Positions 12,750 to 25,357 of a stretch of 44,733 nucleotides of DNA are shown piece by piece (position 1 is the first letter of the stretch; each line of letters starts with the position of its first letter). The notes beneath the pieces were generated by a model. It saw only the letters and a program-made list of their open reading frames with translations. It did not search any database and was not told the DNA's origin. The DNA comes from Blastocystis sp. subtype 4 (Eukaryota). The stretch covers positions 1-44,733 of the forward strand of contig NW_014569492.1 of NCBI RefSeq assembly GCF_000743755.1, in the 5' to 3' direction. The translations under genes and the position numbers were made by a program.

Positions 12750-15214
12750 ACTTCGATTTCACAGAAATGATAAAAGGATGTTCACAGAGTTCTGCCACGC
12801 TCCATCTTCGCTTGACATCCTTCTGCAAACATTTGACAATAAAGTCTTTACAATCAGCAGAAACGACAGGTTTCGAAGGAAACTCTATATTTGTGACATT
12901 CAAAATAACGTTTTCTCGAAGAAGTGTTTCCTATCACTCAATTACCAATCTCATCCCAACTTGTGTCATATCTTCTCCAAAGGGCTTCTTTCCATATACC
13001 ATCTGATAAAGAATCACTCCTACAGACCACACATCAACCTTCTGGGATATTAAAGGTGGAGAGGAAGAATTCAGTTGAAAGCATTCAGGAGGAAGATACC
13101 AGTAGGTTCCCGCCCCTGGTGAAGTCAAAGCCATTTTACTATCGCCTGCAGGATCCAGTTCCTTTGAGAGTCCAAAATCAGTAATCTTGATATGACCATC
13201 TGCATCAAAAAGAATATTCCCAGGCTTCAAATCATAGTGAATAATCTTCAACTTAGATTGAGACATATATAAGAGAGCTGATAGAATCTACTTAACATTT
13301 CGTTTCATGTCCATACCTGAATAGTAATAGCACGAGCCTCAGCTTCCTTTAGAACCACATTCTGCTTCAAATAACGCTCAAGGTCTGTTCCTGGACAATA
13401 CTCTAAAACTGTAGCGAAACTGTCCGAATCGATCACAAAACTATCAAGCTGACGAACCACATTTTCATGCTGAAGTCGTTTCTGAATATCATTCTCTCGA
13501 ATGGCATGTTTTATGTAATTAGATTTCCGTTCATCAGACCAAGCACTTGATAATTGGTGAATTTTGATAGCTACGTCTGTCAATTGCTGAAGATCATATG
13601 CATGCCACACTTCACTAAAACCCCCTTTTCCCAACATTTCAATCACTTGATAACGACTCTACGAATCAACTCTCTCAATCGTCTTCACTTGAAGAAGTGG
13701 TCTTCCACAGTATTTGCTATTCTCTTCTTCGCGTAAACGACGCACTTCTCGAATTTGTTCCTCTTTTTCTACATCCAGCTTTGCTAATTCTTCAGTGTAC
13801 TCAGCTTGCTGTTTCTTCAGTGTGTTCAATCGACACTTCAGAATCTCCTGTTTGGCTAGTTGTTCGAAGTCAGCAGAATCAATCTCTTCTGTATCTCCGG
13901 ATGTAAGAGAGGTGGTAGGAGGCATCATCACCTCTTTCTCATTACGTGTGTTCCGCTATGCATCACCATATCCACCATTTCCAACCTTGCGAAGTGTACG
14001 ACGCTCTGCCTCTAGTTTCTCCTTCATCTCTGATACCTCCACCAACAACCGTCGTAGTTCACGATACCGCTATGAATCACTCTCTCACACTTTACCCACG
14101 TTGCCTTCGTGCCATGTCTCAACAACACGATGACCCATCTGTTGGAGGACTACGCTACCTACACGAATGTTCCCGCGGAGAACCTGCTGCTGACGCTCGG
14201 TTGCAGCACTCAACGCATAGCTTCGAATCCAACGTTCTAGTGCCTTCTGTGCCCTCTCACGAGTCTCGGTAAGCTCGTTTGTAGCATGTGTGATCTGAGC
14301 CTGAAGAGTTTCGACATCCTTCTGATAACTTTCTTGCAATTGGGCAGCTGCTTCCTTCTGTGAAGTGAGTGTTGATAGAGTGCTTTGAGACTCTGCTAGT
14401 TTGGCATTTACTTGTGAAAGTTCCTAAGATAAATAAGACTTGGCAACTCTACGTGCTCCAAATCTTTGATTCGCTGGTCTCGAATCATTAGTAATGAGTG
14501 CATATCCTTTGAACGGAGATCAAAACTAGTCTGACTGGTGGTTGTAGGAACGTCCATACCTTCGGTTGCAGAGTCCAATGGAACAATTGGAGGTTTTCCT
14601 GAAGGTAATTGAAGTGCATCGAGTGAATGTGAAGGAGTACTGAGATCATTATGAGGTATATCTGGTAATGATAGTGAACTAGCATCTGTTTGTTGCTGTG
14701 GAAGGAGGCCTGAAGACTTTGCTCCAAAGAGATTTCGGGCAACAAAATGACGAGAATCCGAGCGGGTTCCCTCTTTGGGGGTAAAATAACTATCAATTCG
14801 CTTGTTATTCTGAGGGGGTGACAAGGGAGTAGGAGAAGACAACGAATTGTCATCCTCCGATAATTCCACATATTGTTCTAGAACTCAGTTCAACAATCAA
14901 TTAGTACGTGGATTCTCTTTCTTGGGAGTCATTCGTCGTCGCGCGTTGTAACGCTACACTAAAACAAAAAGATCATAGATACAGTGGGTGTTGACTGTTT
15001 TCGAACACGTTTTAACTTGCGAATACCTTGAATCTACACGATAATGTCAAGATCCTACAACTCACAGAATTGTTTGATGAATCCGTGATAATCTCTTGAC
15101 ATTGGATATCTTTTAGCTAGAAATATCATCTAAATTAAAGAAGACTACCTCGTCTCTTGGCGGCTGAGTTGTCTTACGTTGTTCCATTGCAGAACTACTA
15201 TTCCCCTGTTCCAT
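12750..15214 (-). CDS. TLK: Tousled-like Ser/Thr kinase; stop probably created by polyadenylation
   Basis: A coiled-coil region followed by [69 protein letters not shown] and [13 protein letters not shown]. The last exon reads ...[11 protein letters not shown], with the motif at 12745-12738. Start at 15214 was inferred through several micro-introns. Confidence 0.92.
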
Positions 15215-15825
15215 AGATGTTTTATGTAATTAATCTAACGATAAGTATGCGATGCGCGGTAATCGTACATTGAACAAATAGAACAATTCAACTCACAGAA
15301 ATGAAATGACCAAAGGACGAGGATATTTGATCTGATATTTCCACTTCGACGGTTGTGTGACTGTGAGAAAGAGACAAATGGATGTTCAAACTCGTGATTA
15401 CTAGCTAATTGCATCGTGTTTCTCTTCACTTCCAACCTTCACAATTCTCTTCCTAGGTTCTCCAATCAACTCACCTTCACATCAAGAGTGATTGGAAATG
15501 ATAAATACGAGAAGTGGTTGAACAAGATAATTGTACAATCTATTACGAGACTCTTCTGTTCTATTGAGAAGGTTTGAAAGATACTGTGGATCCCTTAAAA
15601 AGGGTAAATGGTGTTGATGTCAATGAGAACAAAGATTACTACAAACGTTGCAGTTAGGCATAAAAGATCCATCTATAATTCCAGAATGATTTGAGGCAAA
15701 AGATATGTCAAAATGGAGAAACACTCTCCAGAATCGAACTGCAAAGCTCGCAACTAAGTCTTACATACGTTTTATCTTCGGTTCACGAGTGTTTAAGCCT
15801 CTCATCGCGAGTGTATTGAAGTCAG

Positions 15826-17298
15826 ATGAGTGTCAACGACAGGAATTCGGGATGGCAGTTTAGTCAGCGCTTTGGTGAGAAGATGTCAATTGCAGATGTG
15901 GCGAATGGTATGAATTGCGAGTGGAGATAGTAAGAATAGTGGATATACTGTCATCACTTGAGTTTAACGATACTGGTCAGTATCTTGCTGCTGGAGACAA
16001 TGGAGGCCGTGTTGTTATTTTCCAACAAGGTCATAGTAAAGAGATCCAGGGTGATGGTATGGTTGTTGTATCAGATAGCAAGGAGAAGGGAAACGGGTAT
16101 TTTTTCTTTTCGGAATTCCAGAGCCATGAGCCTGAATTTGACTATTTGAACAGCACAGAGATCCAAGAGCGCATCAATGTGATTCAGTGGATTCCCTTAA
16201 ATCCTAGCAATTTATCCTTACTATCGACAAATGGTTGTTTTTTGTTGTTGTTGGTAATTAATAGATAAGACTATCAAGTTATGGCGATTATGTGAGAAAC
16301 GTCTTGGAAAAGTGCCTTGTCCTCTTTTGGATGGTTCAGAGAATTCCACAGAGCCGTCGTTTGAAATAATTGCTCAGAACAAGCATATCTATGGACATGC
16401 TCACAGTTTTAATATCCATTCATTGTCCTGCTTTAGTGATGGAGAGACCTTTTTGTCTGCAGATGATCTCCGAATCAATTTATGGAATCTCGAGATCGAC
16501 AAGAAGAGTTTCAGTGTGAATTAGATATGTACCTAATCTTCAGACATTTTAGATATCAAACCAACCAATATGGATAACTTGACAGAAGTGATCACCAGTA
16601 CTGCTTGTCATCCTACACATTGTAACCTCTATGCTTACAGTACAAGTCAAGGGATCACAACAATGTCGGATCTTCGTGTATCAGCTCGTGGTACTCCTTG
16701 TCGTAGTAGAAATGTGAGGATTCATTTAGGATTAGTTTTTGCGAGTCCAGAAGCCAGTCTCGATTCAGACGTTGTCGATCTCCTATCAACCATTTCTTGT
16801 CTCAAATTCACTCGTATGATAGTAAGAAGAGAATGATGGATAGCTGGAGGCCGTTTCTTCCTCACACGAGACTTTCTCACTGTGAAGGTGTGGGATATTT
16901 ATATGGAACGAGAACCCGTTCAAATACTTCCCATTCATGAAAGCCTTCACAAACAATGTATGAAGTGGAATGATAGTGACTTGTTCTTTGATCGGTTTAA
17001 TATTGGACTTAGCGGAGATGGACGAAATCTGATTACTGGATCCTATCAGAATACTTTTCATGTATTTTTGGAATGACAGTTTTAGATATAGATTATGGAT
17101 CGGATAACGAAAGCAGACATTTTTCTAGAAGCAGCCAAACGAAATCGAGATCATATTCAAGGCCGGAATGGATTTGAATTGAATATAGAGAATCCAGAGT
17201 TTGGTCGCAAAGTAACTCAAGTTTCATGGCATCCACAACAAGATTTAGTTGCATTAAGTTCATTAAACAATTTGTACATCTTTTCACATTCTGCATAA
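15826..17298 (+). CDS. PPP2R2: PP2A regulatory subunit B55/PR55 (Cdc55), WD40
   Basis: WQFSQRFGE, LAAGDNGGRVVIF, EFQSHEPEFDYLNSTEIQERIN, HAHSFNIHSLS, ETFLSADDLRINLWN, DIKPTNMDNLTEVITS, TRDFLTVKVWD, WHP and NNLYIF. Confidence 0.95.
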
Positions 17299-17324
17299 TA
17301 TGTTTTCAACAACAAACACTATGA

Positions 17325-19409
17325 CTACAAAGGAATCCATTCATTACGATCCACTTTCAATAACTAATCATTATCCAATACTCAATTCCTCTTACACCAG
17401 GATCAATTCCATCACGTTCCAACATATATCGGACTTCTTCTTCTGAACTACCTAAATCTAGCTTATTATAGTATTTAGCAAATAAGGGATGATTTCTTCT
17501 TCGGATAAAGAACATGGATGTGTCTGTAATTGGTACATCTGGTGATTCGACAGCCAGAATCACTTCTGGGTTATCTTTCGCCACAATCTCATGAAGATTC
17601 CTTGATAACACCTTCACAATGACTTCTATTTTATATACGTACAGATGGATCCAACTGTTCACTCTTCATTGAATCTTCAATCACAGATCTGTCTAATCCA
17701 TCATCTAAGAGCCAGTCAAAGTAATCACGATATATAGGATGATACCGAATAAATACACCTTCACGTCCTCGTACTGATGAGGGGACCGTTTTAGCAGGAC
17801 GATATGTTGTGTCCATGTCCACAAGAGATGAATGATCTGTGGAGATTAAGCTTGGCGTCGACAGTTGATCTGGTTTCCTTTCCATGTTGCCTGTATCATC
17901 AACAACGGTAGTCTGATCAGTGGGCTTCTCATCTACACACTGACCAATAGGTTTCGTGTCCTCAGACTGAGGAATAGGGTTCTCTTGACCAGCTTCAGGA
18001 AGCTTCTCATTTACAGGAAGGAGGTTCAGACTTATAGATGCATCAACAGAAGGAGTATTGATATGAACACCCATCTCTGCTGCCTTCTGTAGAGCAATTG
18101 AAATATTCCCATCATATAACAATAAACACACTTCAATAATCAATGCATCATCACCTTCACCATGTATCATTGCTCTTCGTTCATCTGTTAGATGAATTGC
18201 ATGATGCTGAATAAATGTTACAATACCCTGATGATAACAGGTCGAAGCTGATAAAGGACCATGGAACAATGGAACAGAAGGTTCTCGACGAGTTGAGGAT
18301 AGAGTGATCTACTTCTAAGTGACAGTCCATATTTCTACGGTAAGTGTAGTCGAATTAATCAATGAATTACAATTCATTCGATTGGGCAACACCAAGTTTG
18401 TCTCCTATGTATCAAGCATTCATGATATGTCCACATCTTGTAATAGAGCAGTATGAGCACAATACTCGAAAAGACATTCAAATCCATCAGAGGACATACC
18501 ACGAACAAACACATCACCACACACATCAATATTACAGTCACAAACAAATTCACCAATTGATTCGTTCCATTGATAATCGTCTATTCTATCGGAGGAGAAT
18601 AATACTTTGCGACCACTTCCAATCATTAATAAAGGAGGATTCTGAGAATAACAACAAGAATCCAATCATACAGGCATTGGGGAGTGATCCATGTAAAACA
18701 GACCCAAGACATTGCACCTGGTAAGTACCAGAGCTGAAGAGAGAAGATTCTCTGAAGGAGGATTCACTAGCATTGTGTAGAATTCTCGTAGTTTATTCAT
18801 AGGAACATTTGGTATATCATCAATAGAGACATCTTTCAATCCAGCACGCATTACATCCAGAATGATATCCTGATACGAGAAAGATGATATTTCATCCTGT
18901 ATATGAGAGGATCAAAGGAATCTGACTTCATTCTTCCATAAGAAGTAGCAGGCTACAACGAATTCACAGTCAATATTATTCTGAGGTGAGTGAAGATAAA
19001 CTAGAATAAAGCGAGTTCTTTTTTACTCACCATAATGTGCCGGTGAAGAGAGCCAAAACTCCATAACGTATAGTACATCAAAAATAGTCGATAACTGGAG
19101 TGGATTCATATCGAAATTCACACATCGATTCAATAATTGAGGGATAACGAGGTAGTCACTAGTATGAATGGAGAAGAAAGGTAACGTACGCCAGGTTGAT
19201 AATAATGAATTCCTTTCCTTCTTCAAGTAACTGAGTTTGTAGCATATCTACCGAAATTGTGGTAGCCAAATTGCGGTTTTTGTCTGTTTGAATTGGTTTC
19301 AAAACTAGAATTGATAAGAGTAACAGTCATTACTCCGAATACGACGAATCAACTCACTATAGATTGAGGAAGGATGGACAACAGGTGTGAACTCTCCGAA
19401 TTGACTCAT
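17325..19409 (-). CDS. Degenerate PTEN/tensin-like phosphatase + PTEN-type C2 protein with C-terminal CCDC53/DUF2360-like repeats
   Basis: Spliced sequence includes NPLQLSTIFDVLYVMEFWLSSPAHY|VYLHSPQNN (no CX5R), C2-like CGDVFVRG...LFEYCAHTALL, and two repeats HPIYRDYFDWL..GLDRSVIEDSMKSEQLDP and HPLFAKYYNKLDLGSSEEEVRYMLERDGIDP. TAG is at 17327-17325 and the motif at 17318-17311. Confidence 0.55.
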
Positions 19410-19586
19410 CCTCGAGAATGCATGTGATGATACTAAAGACTGAAAAGATAGGATTCTTGAAGATCAAATAACTGGACGATCACTGAACGTTTCTTCTGAT
19501 AGAAGCGCTTTTCAATCGATTTTGTGAAGAAATCGTATTTTTACGTATTTAACGTAATAGGTACTGGTATTTCTCGTAATTTCTAG

Positions 19587-21442
19587 ATGAGCCTCACATT
19601 TGACGAGTTTGGCAATCCCTTCATTATTATCCGTGAACAAGAGAAGAAACAGCGTATAAAGGGATTAGATGCAATTCGTGTAGGAAATGAGTGTTGGGAA
19701 GCGTGATTCTTGTAGGCAAACATTCTGGCTGCCAGAACGCTTTGTTCTACTCTCCGAACATCTTTAGGACCTAAGGGTGATCATCTGGTCACTCCTTCTT
19801 ATGTATAGGAATGGATAAGATGCTGGTTAGTCAGGATGGAGAAGTGACTGTAACAAATGATGGAGCAACGATCATGAAGAACATGGATGTGCAGCACCAG
19901 GTTGCTAAGTTGATGGTTGAGCTTTCTCAGTCCCAAGATGAGGAAGTTGGAGATGGAACAACAGGTGTTGTTGTTTTGGCTGGTGCCATGCTAGAGAAAG
20001 CACAAGAGCTGCTGGATAAAGGTATTCATCCTGTGAAGGTTGCTGATGGCTTTGAACAAGCGTGCAAGATTGCAGTGGATCACTTGTCGGAAATTGGATA
20101 TCAAATTGACTTCTCTGAGGACAACATTGAGCCTTTGATTGAAGTCGCCCTAACCACCTTATCATCGAAGATTGTGAATCAGTAGATATCCCCTCTTTCT
20201 GTTAATATAGATTTAAGCGTCAGATGGCTGAAATTGCCGTGAAATCGGTTCTTTCGGTTGCAGATATTCCTCGTCGCGATGTTCGTTTTGATTTAATTAA
20301 GCTGACAGTAAGTACTGATCATGCGATATTCCATATAGACCAAAACGGGAGGCAAGCTAGAGGATACGGAGTTGATTCATGGACTGGTTCTGGACAAGGG
20401 TTTTTCGCATCCTCAGATGTCGAAATCATTGAAGGATGCACGGATTTGTCTGTTAACATGTCCTTTTGAACCTCCAAAGCCAAAAACAAAGCATGAGGTG
20501 GAGATTACAAATGCAAAGGTAGATTTAAAGACGGTACTTAAGATCAGGATCTGATGGATATGTATGAGAAGGAGCAGGCGTATTTCCGTGATATGGTACA
20601 ACGCATTAAGGATACAGGAGCCAATCTGGCCATATGTCAATGGGGTATGGATTTGTGGTGTGTTGTGATCCCAAGGATTTGATGATGAAGCTAACTCACT
20701 GTTATTCCAGAATGGAATTCATGCAGTGAGATGGGTAGGAGGAATGGAGATTGAAGCTATTGCAATTGCAACAGGAGCAAAGATTGTTCCTCGTTTCGAG
20801 GAGTTATCGAAGGATAAATTGGGATATGCTGAATCAGGTAGAAGAAGATCCAATGATTGATGGATAGTCCGTGATGTACCTGTGGGAACTACTAAGGATA
20901 GTATGTTGATGATTGAGGGTTGTCGTAATTCCAATATTTGTACCATTTTCATCCGTGGAGGTAATCAAATGATTGTGGACGAAGCAAAACGTTCTCTTTG
21001 GGATGCTATTTGTGTGACTCGCAATCTGATTAGAGTGAGTATGATTGAATTAGGTGAGATATAGGACAATCGTATTGTTTATGGCGGAGGTTCAGCAGAG
21101 ATTTCATGTTCCATCGCTGTGGAAGAGTTCGCTGCAACCATCCCTGGAATCGAACAACATGCTTTCCGATCCTTTGCTGATGCCTTGGATGAGATTCCTG
21201 CTGCACTTGCTGAGAACAGTGGTTTGAGCTTCATGGAGGAGGTGTCACATTTGAAGAAGCGTCAGGTGGAGGAGAAGAATCCTCGTTTGGGAGTCGATTG
21301 CATGGGAACTGGAACGAATGATATGAAGGATGTGTGTGTGATCGAGACGTTGATTAGTAAGCAACAGCAGTTACAGTTGGCAACACAGTTGTGTCGAATG
21401 GTACTGAAGATTGATGATGTGATTGCACCGAATGATTTATGA
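19587..21442 (+). CDS. CCT5: T-complex protein 1 subunit epsilon
   Basis: [73 protein letters not shown] and LKIDDVI. Motif at 21459-21466. Confidence 0.97.
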
Positions 21443-21507
21443 TGAGTTTGGGTTCTTGTGTTTGTTTCTATTTAAGGATACGAAAAGATGATCTCAGTCT
21501 TTCTCTG

Positions 21508-23304
21508 ATGCAACCACCCAAAGGTCATAAAGTGGATTCTCTGCAATTGTATTAACATTTTAGAAAAGTGGTTGGTCGCTTTCAGTAGCTAGTCTGTTGA
21601 ATGAGAAGACTGAGAGCCAGACTTTGAGTTTGGGTTCTTTTCAATCTTGAGTTGTAGAGAACCAACAGGAACCGGTGGTACTTGCAAAACCAACTCCAGG
21701 TGATTGCTTGTTGTTTTGGTATAATTTATTAGTATATCGAAACATTTCTGCATCATTAATCTATCCCAAGGTAGAAAAGCCATCTCAATCCAAAGCGGTG
21801 AAAAAGCAACAAAAGAAAGATAAAGCTATTTCAGAGGAAACATCTTTGGATCGACGAATGGTATGGCAACGAAAGGTGGATGTTCGGTTGATTCATCCTG
21901 AAGGTGAGTTGGATAATCTTTCCTATCTTCTTGATTCCGTGCAACTTGTTTCAGATCGTGATTATCTGCAAGAACGGATTTTGGAACAACAAGAGATGGA
22001 GTCAGTCGTTTCTAGTGTTAGTCAATGTGAGAAGGATTCTGTACTGCCTCCATTGAACCCGCAATTATGGTAGGTATTGGTTGTTGCTTGAATGTAGTCC
22101 TTATGACGAGTCTCAAGATCCATTTCTCTCTAATCTTCGTATATTCGATCGTATTTGTACAAGAGTATCTTTGGAAAGGATTATGATAACTAGATTGCTG
22201 ATTTGGAGGATCATCGTCTTCGTGAGGAGACTGAGGAATGGAAAAAGAGTCAGGAACCTCTGGAAACTCGGAATGCAGTAGTTAAGAAGGAGATTCGAAG
22301 AAAGGCAAAAGAGCGAGATCAGAAGTTGCAAAAAATTGCGGTTATTTGTGAAGAGGTTGTAATTTCGAAACAGAAACAGGTCGAACCAACAAGTGGCGAA
22401 TCGGATCAAGTGACAGAAATTCCCGAGATGTCGGCAACATCAGCAAAACTCACTGACGAGACGAAGATATGTAGTGACCCAGTAGTATCTCCTCCTTCAT
22501 CTCCAGAACCACTTGTTCAACATACACTAACCTCAATTCCTCCTTCTTCTCTGATACATGCTGTTGATGAATTGCTCCAAGCAGGAAACGACAAGGCTGT
22601 CTTAGGAGAGTATTATGGAGATGTTCGTGAGTGTATTTGGAAACTCAAAGGGATTCTGAATAAGGTGGTAGGAGGCAAATCAGCTTGTCAGGAGGCCGAA
22701 TCTTTGCTTTCAATTCTGAATCAGTGTTCATGTAAAGAAGTTCAAGCAATTCTACGTGCTGAGATAACGAACAATTTAATTCATAAAGCAGCTGAAACAA
22801 GTTCTAAGAATGTTTGTATTGACATGGCCTCTGTATTAGCGGAATTAACCATTTCGGATTCTCATTTTGTTTCTATGATACTGGGATTACTTTATCGCCA
22901 GTGTCCTCTGCTGATTCCAGAAATGCCCGAAATATCATCGTTATCGGATCGTGCCTTTGAAGATAAGATGAAGAGTTACTCGATGCTTGTTATTCTATTT
23001 TGCTCGCTATGCATGTATCAATCATCAAAGGGAACAAATCTCTTTAACCTTTATTACTTTTGGTATTGGATTCATGAATTCAATGAGTTAGCATTAAGAC
23101 AACCACTATTGGAATATTCTGGAATGGTTGAACCTCTATTCTCTATATTCGGAGATAAACTGTGTCATATCTATCCAAAATCGTTTCAAAAGCTAATACA
23201 GTTTACGAAAGAATCGATACTCCCAAAGTTGGAGCGAATTGATGGGAAGACTACAGGTCATATATATCGTTTACAGGCAACTCTTGATAAATGGAAGTGT
23301 AATT
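21508..23304 (+). CDS. GLE1: mRNA export factor Gle1-like; stop probably created by polyadenylation
   Basis: Coiled-coil followed by a Gle1-like C-domain (LYRQCPLLIP, KMKSYSMLVILFCSL, WYWIHEF, FGDKLCHIYPKSFQKLI, IYRLQATLD). An in-frame T at 23304 is 5 nt before TGTTTGTT (23309-23316). The start is inferred. Confidence 0.72.
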
Positions 23305-23308
23305 GGAC

Positions 23309-23316
23309 TGTTTGTT
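23309..23316 (+). terminator. TGTTTGTT poly(A)-site motif of GLE1
   Basis: Exact motif, with the in-frame T of TGG at 23304 (-5). Confidence 0.85.
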
Positions 23317-23389
23317 CCTTGACGAACCATTCATCTTCGTTAATGACAGACTGAGGATATACTTTCAATTTCTGATTAACAAGCGTCCA

Positions 23390-25227
23390 ATGAGTTTTAC
23401 AGCCCCTCTTGTCGACGAGGAGATCGTTGCTCCTCAATTACCTCTCAACCCGATCCAAGATGCTACTCAAAGTATGCTTCTCCCATCTTTTCACATGAAG
23501 AGCCAATGTCATCGAACAAACGACTGTACATTAGTCTAATGAAACCAGGAAGGCTCTCCTATTGGCTTGAAATTAACGATAGTTTTATTAAATCTGTCGT
23601 CCATTACTTTGGATTCGCTGTTTCACCAATCTTGTTTTCCTATGGTACTATCATGATACGTAGACTTGGAATTGTGTTCTCAACCATACGATTCGAAGTC
23701 GTCACTCGATATAAGTATAGCCATGCATTTAATGCAGATGCATGGAAGAACATCTTCACTCCCTTAACAGTTTTGGTGGCTATTCCTGTGATTATTGTGT
23801 TCTTCAGAGCAATTCGGACCATGTTTAGTCGCCAGTCCATTCCGCGTCATGTTATTCTCATTCAAGTGGGTCGCTGTGTCTATTTCGTTGGTCTCTCTGT
23901 AACGCTCATTCTTCTATATTTGCTTGCTGTTGGCTTTAAAATGATTTCGGATGTCATAGCTCTTCTCCCTGTATTGGTGTGCTGGATTGTCTCCATTCCT
24001 CTTATGCTGAAACGAATCGAAGGAGTACATATGCATTTGCATGATTATTCGTAGTTAAACGCATTCACAAGACGTTGGCATGAACATCTCCAACAGGAGG
24101 ATCATGACCGTTTACTTTTATGGAAGGCATTTATGCTCAAGTCTCAAGTGATAGCTGAAATCATAGTATATTCTCTTCTTGCTTTCTTTGTCGTTGGAGT
24201 GGACATCATCTGCTTCCATGTGACCCATCGTTAGGATTCTAAGAATGTTTAATGCATAGCTGTGAGTCCTGGAACACTGCTGATGTGTGCATCTCCATTA
24301 CTCCTCTTTGGACTCTGCATCATTGGGCTTCTTATAGTAACGACTCCAATTCTCTTCTCGTTCCTGCCTCCTGTAGACCACATAGTAGCGGTATCATACA
24401 TAGTATTGTGGTTATTGGAAACGGCAATTTGGTGAAGTTGATCTGACTCCATCTGGTAAAGCTCTGGAAATTGCAGCTCGAATCCTAATCTACTTGATTC
24501 TTGATTGCCTTCTCCTGCTTTCTGTCTTTACTACAGTTGCCTGGTACTCTGCTATGTGCAATCGCTCCTATGTATGCCCATTTCTATTCTGAAACACATA
24601 GGATACATGTGCACAAATGCTCCTCTGTGCCATGGTGACTTCGTTTGTTGTAGGCCTCTTCTTCTTCATTCTCCTGATCATCCGTATTCAAATTGGTACT
24701 GTAACATCCGATGACACGTTACATATGATCGCTGTAGGAATCGGAAACATCATTCATTATAGGACCGAGAAATAGGAAATCGAGAATGGAGAGAAATGCA
24801 AGGACAACTTCCAGAACATCTTATTCGATCGGAAGCGGATGTTTACTCCATTCTTCCTTCACACATCACTTTGGCAGAAGATACACATACTCCAAGACCC
24901 ATGGATGAGGAAAAGGAATTATGCATTATTTGTATGGCAGAATATGCCGTAGTTCTAGGAATCGGTTCTCATTGTGTAGGATACTGTCCTTCTTCCCTGT
25001 GGCCATGTAGCATTATACAAAACCCATCTGATGAATAGGGAGGTTGCTGTAATCGTTGCTCCAAACTCTTATTCCAACAAGTCTCCAAACGAAATTGTCC
25101 GTTGTGTCGAGAAGTGGGTCCTTCTTTCCTCTCTCACATACAGCATATCCAACAAGTAGCAAAGCTTCGCGACCATGCAACTCGTATGTACAATAATCTC
25201 CCCGTCTATAGTGTTGAAAAAGAATGA
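23390..25227 (+). CDS. Multi-pass membrane protein with C-terminal RING-HC (C3HC4) E3 ligase domain
   Basis: Several hydrophobic TM segments. The spliced C-terminus reads CIICMAEYA|DTVLLPCGH|GGCCNRCSKLLFQQVSKRNCPLCRE|HIQQV...EKE*. Confidence 0.8.
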
Positions 25228-25357
25228 TTGTGAAAATATACAGTCTGAGAGAAGTTGTAAGAATATGAAAGGCTTTGTTTACATATCAAATCAGTTTAAT
25301 ACGGAACCAACGGTTCTTTTTCGAAACTTGCTAATCAAATAAATCTCCTTATTGGTG

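Noticed and set aside
19555..19586. Possible 32-nt 5' UTR intron ending right before the CCT5 ATG
   Set aside because: GT...AG of the right size, but there is no reading-frame constraint to support it without transcript data.
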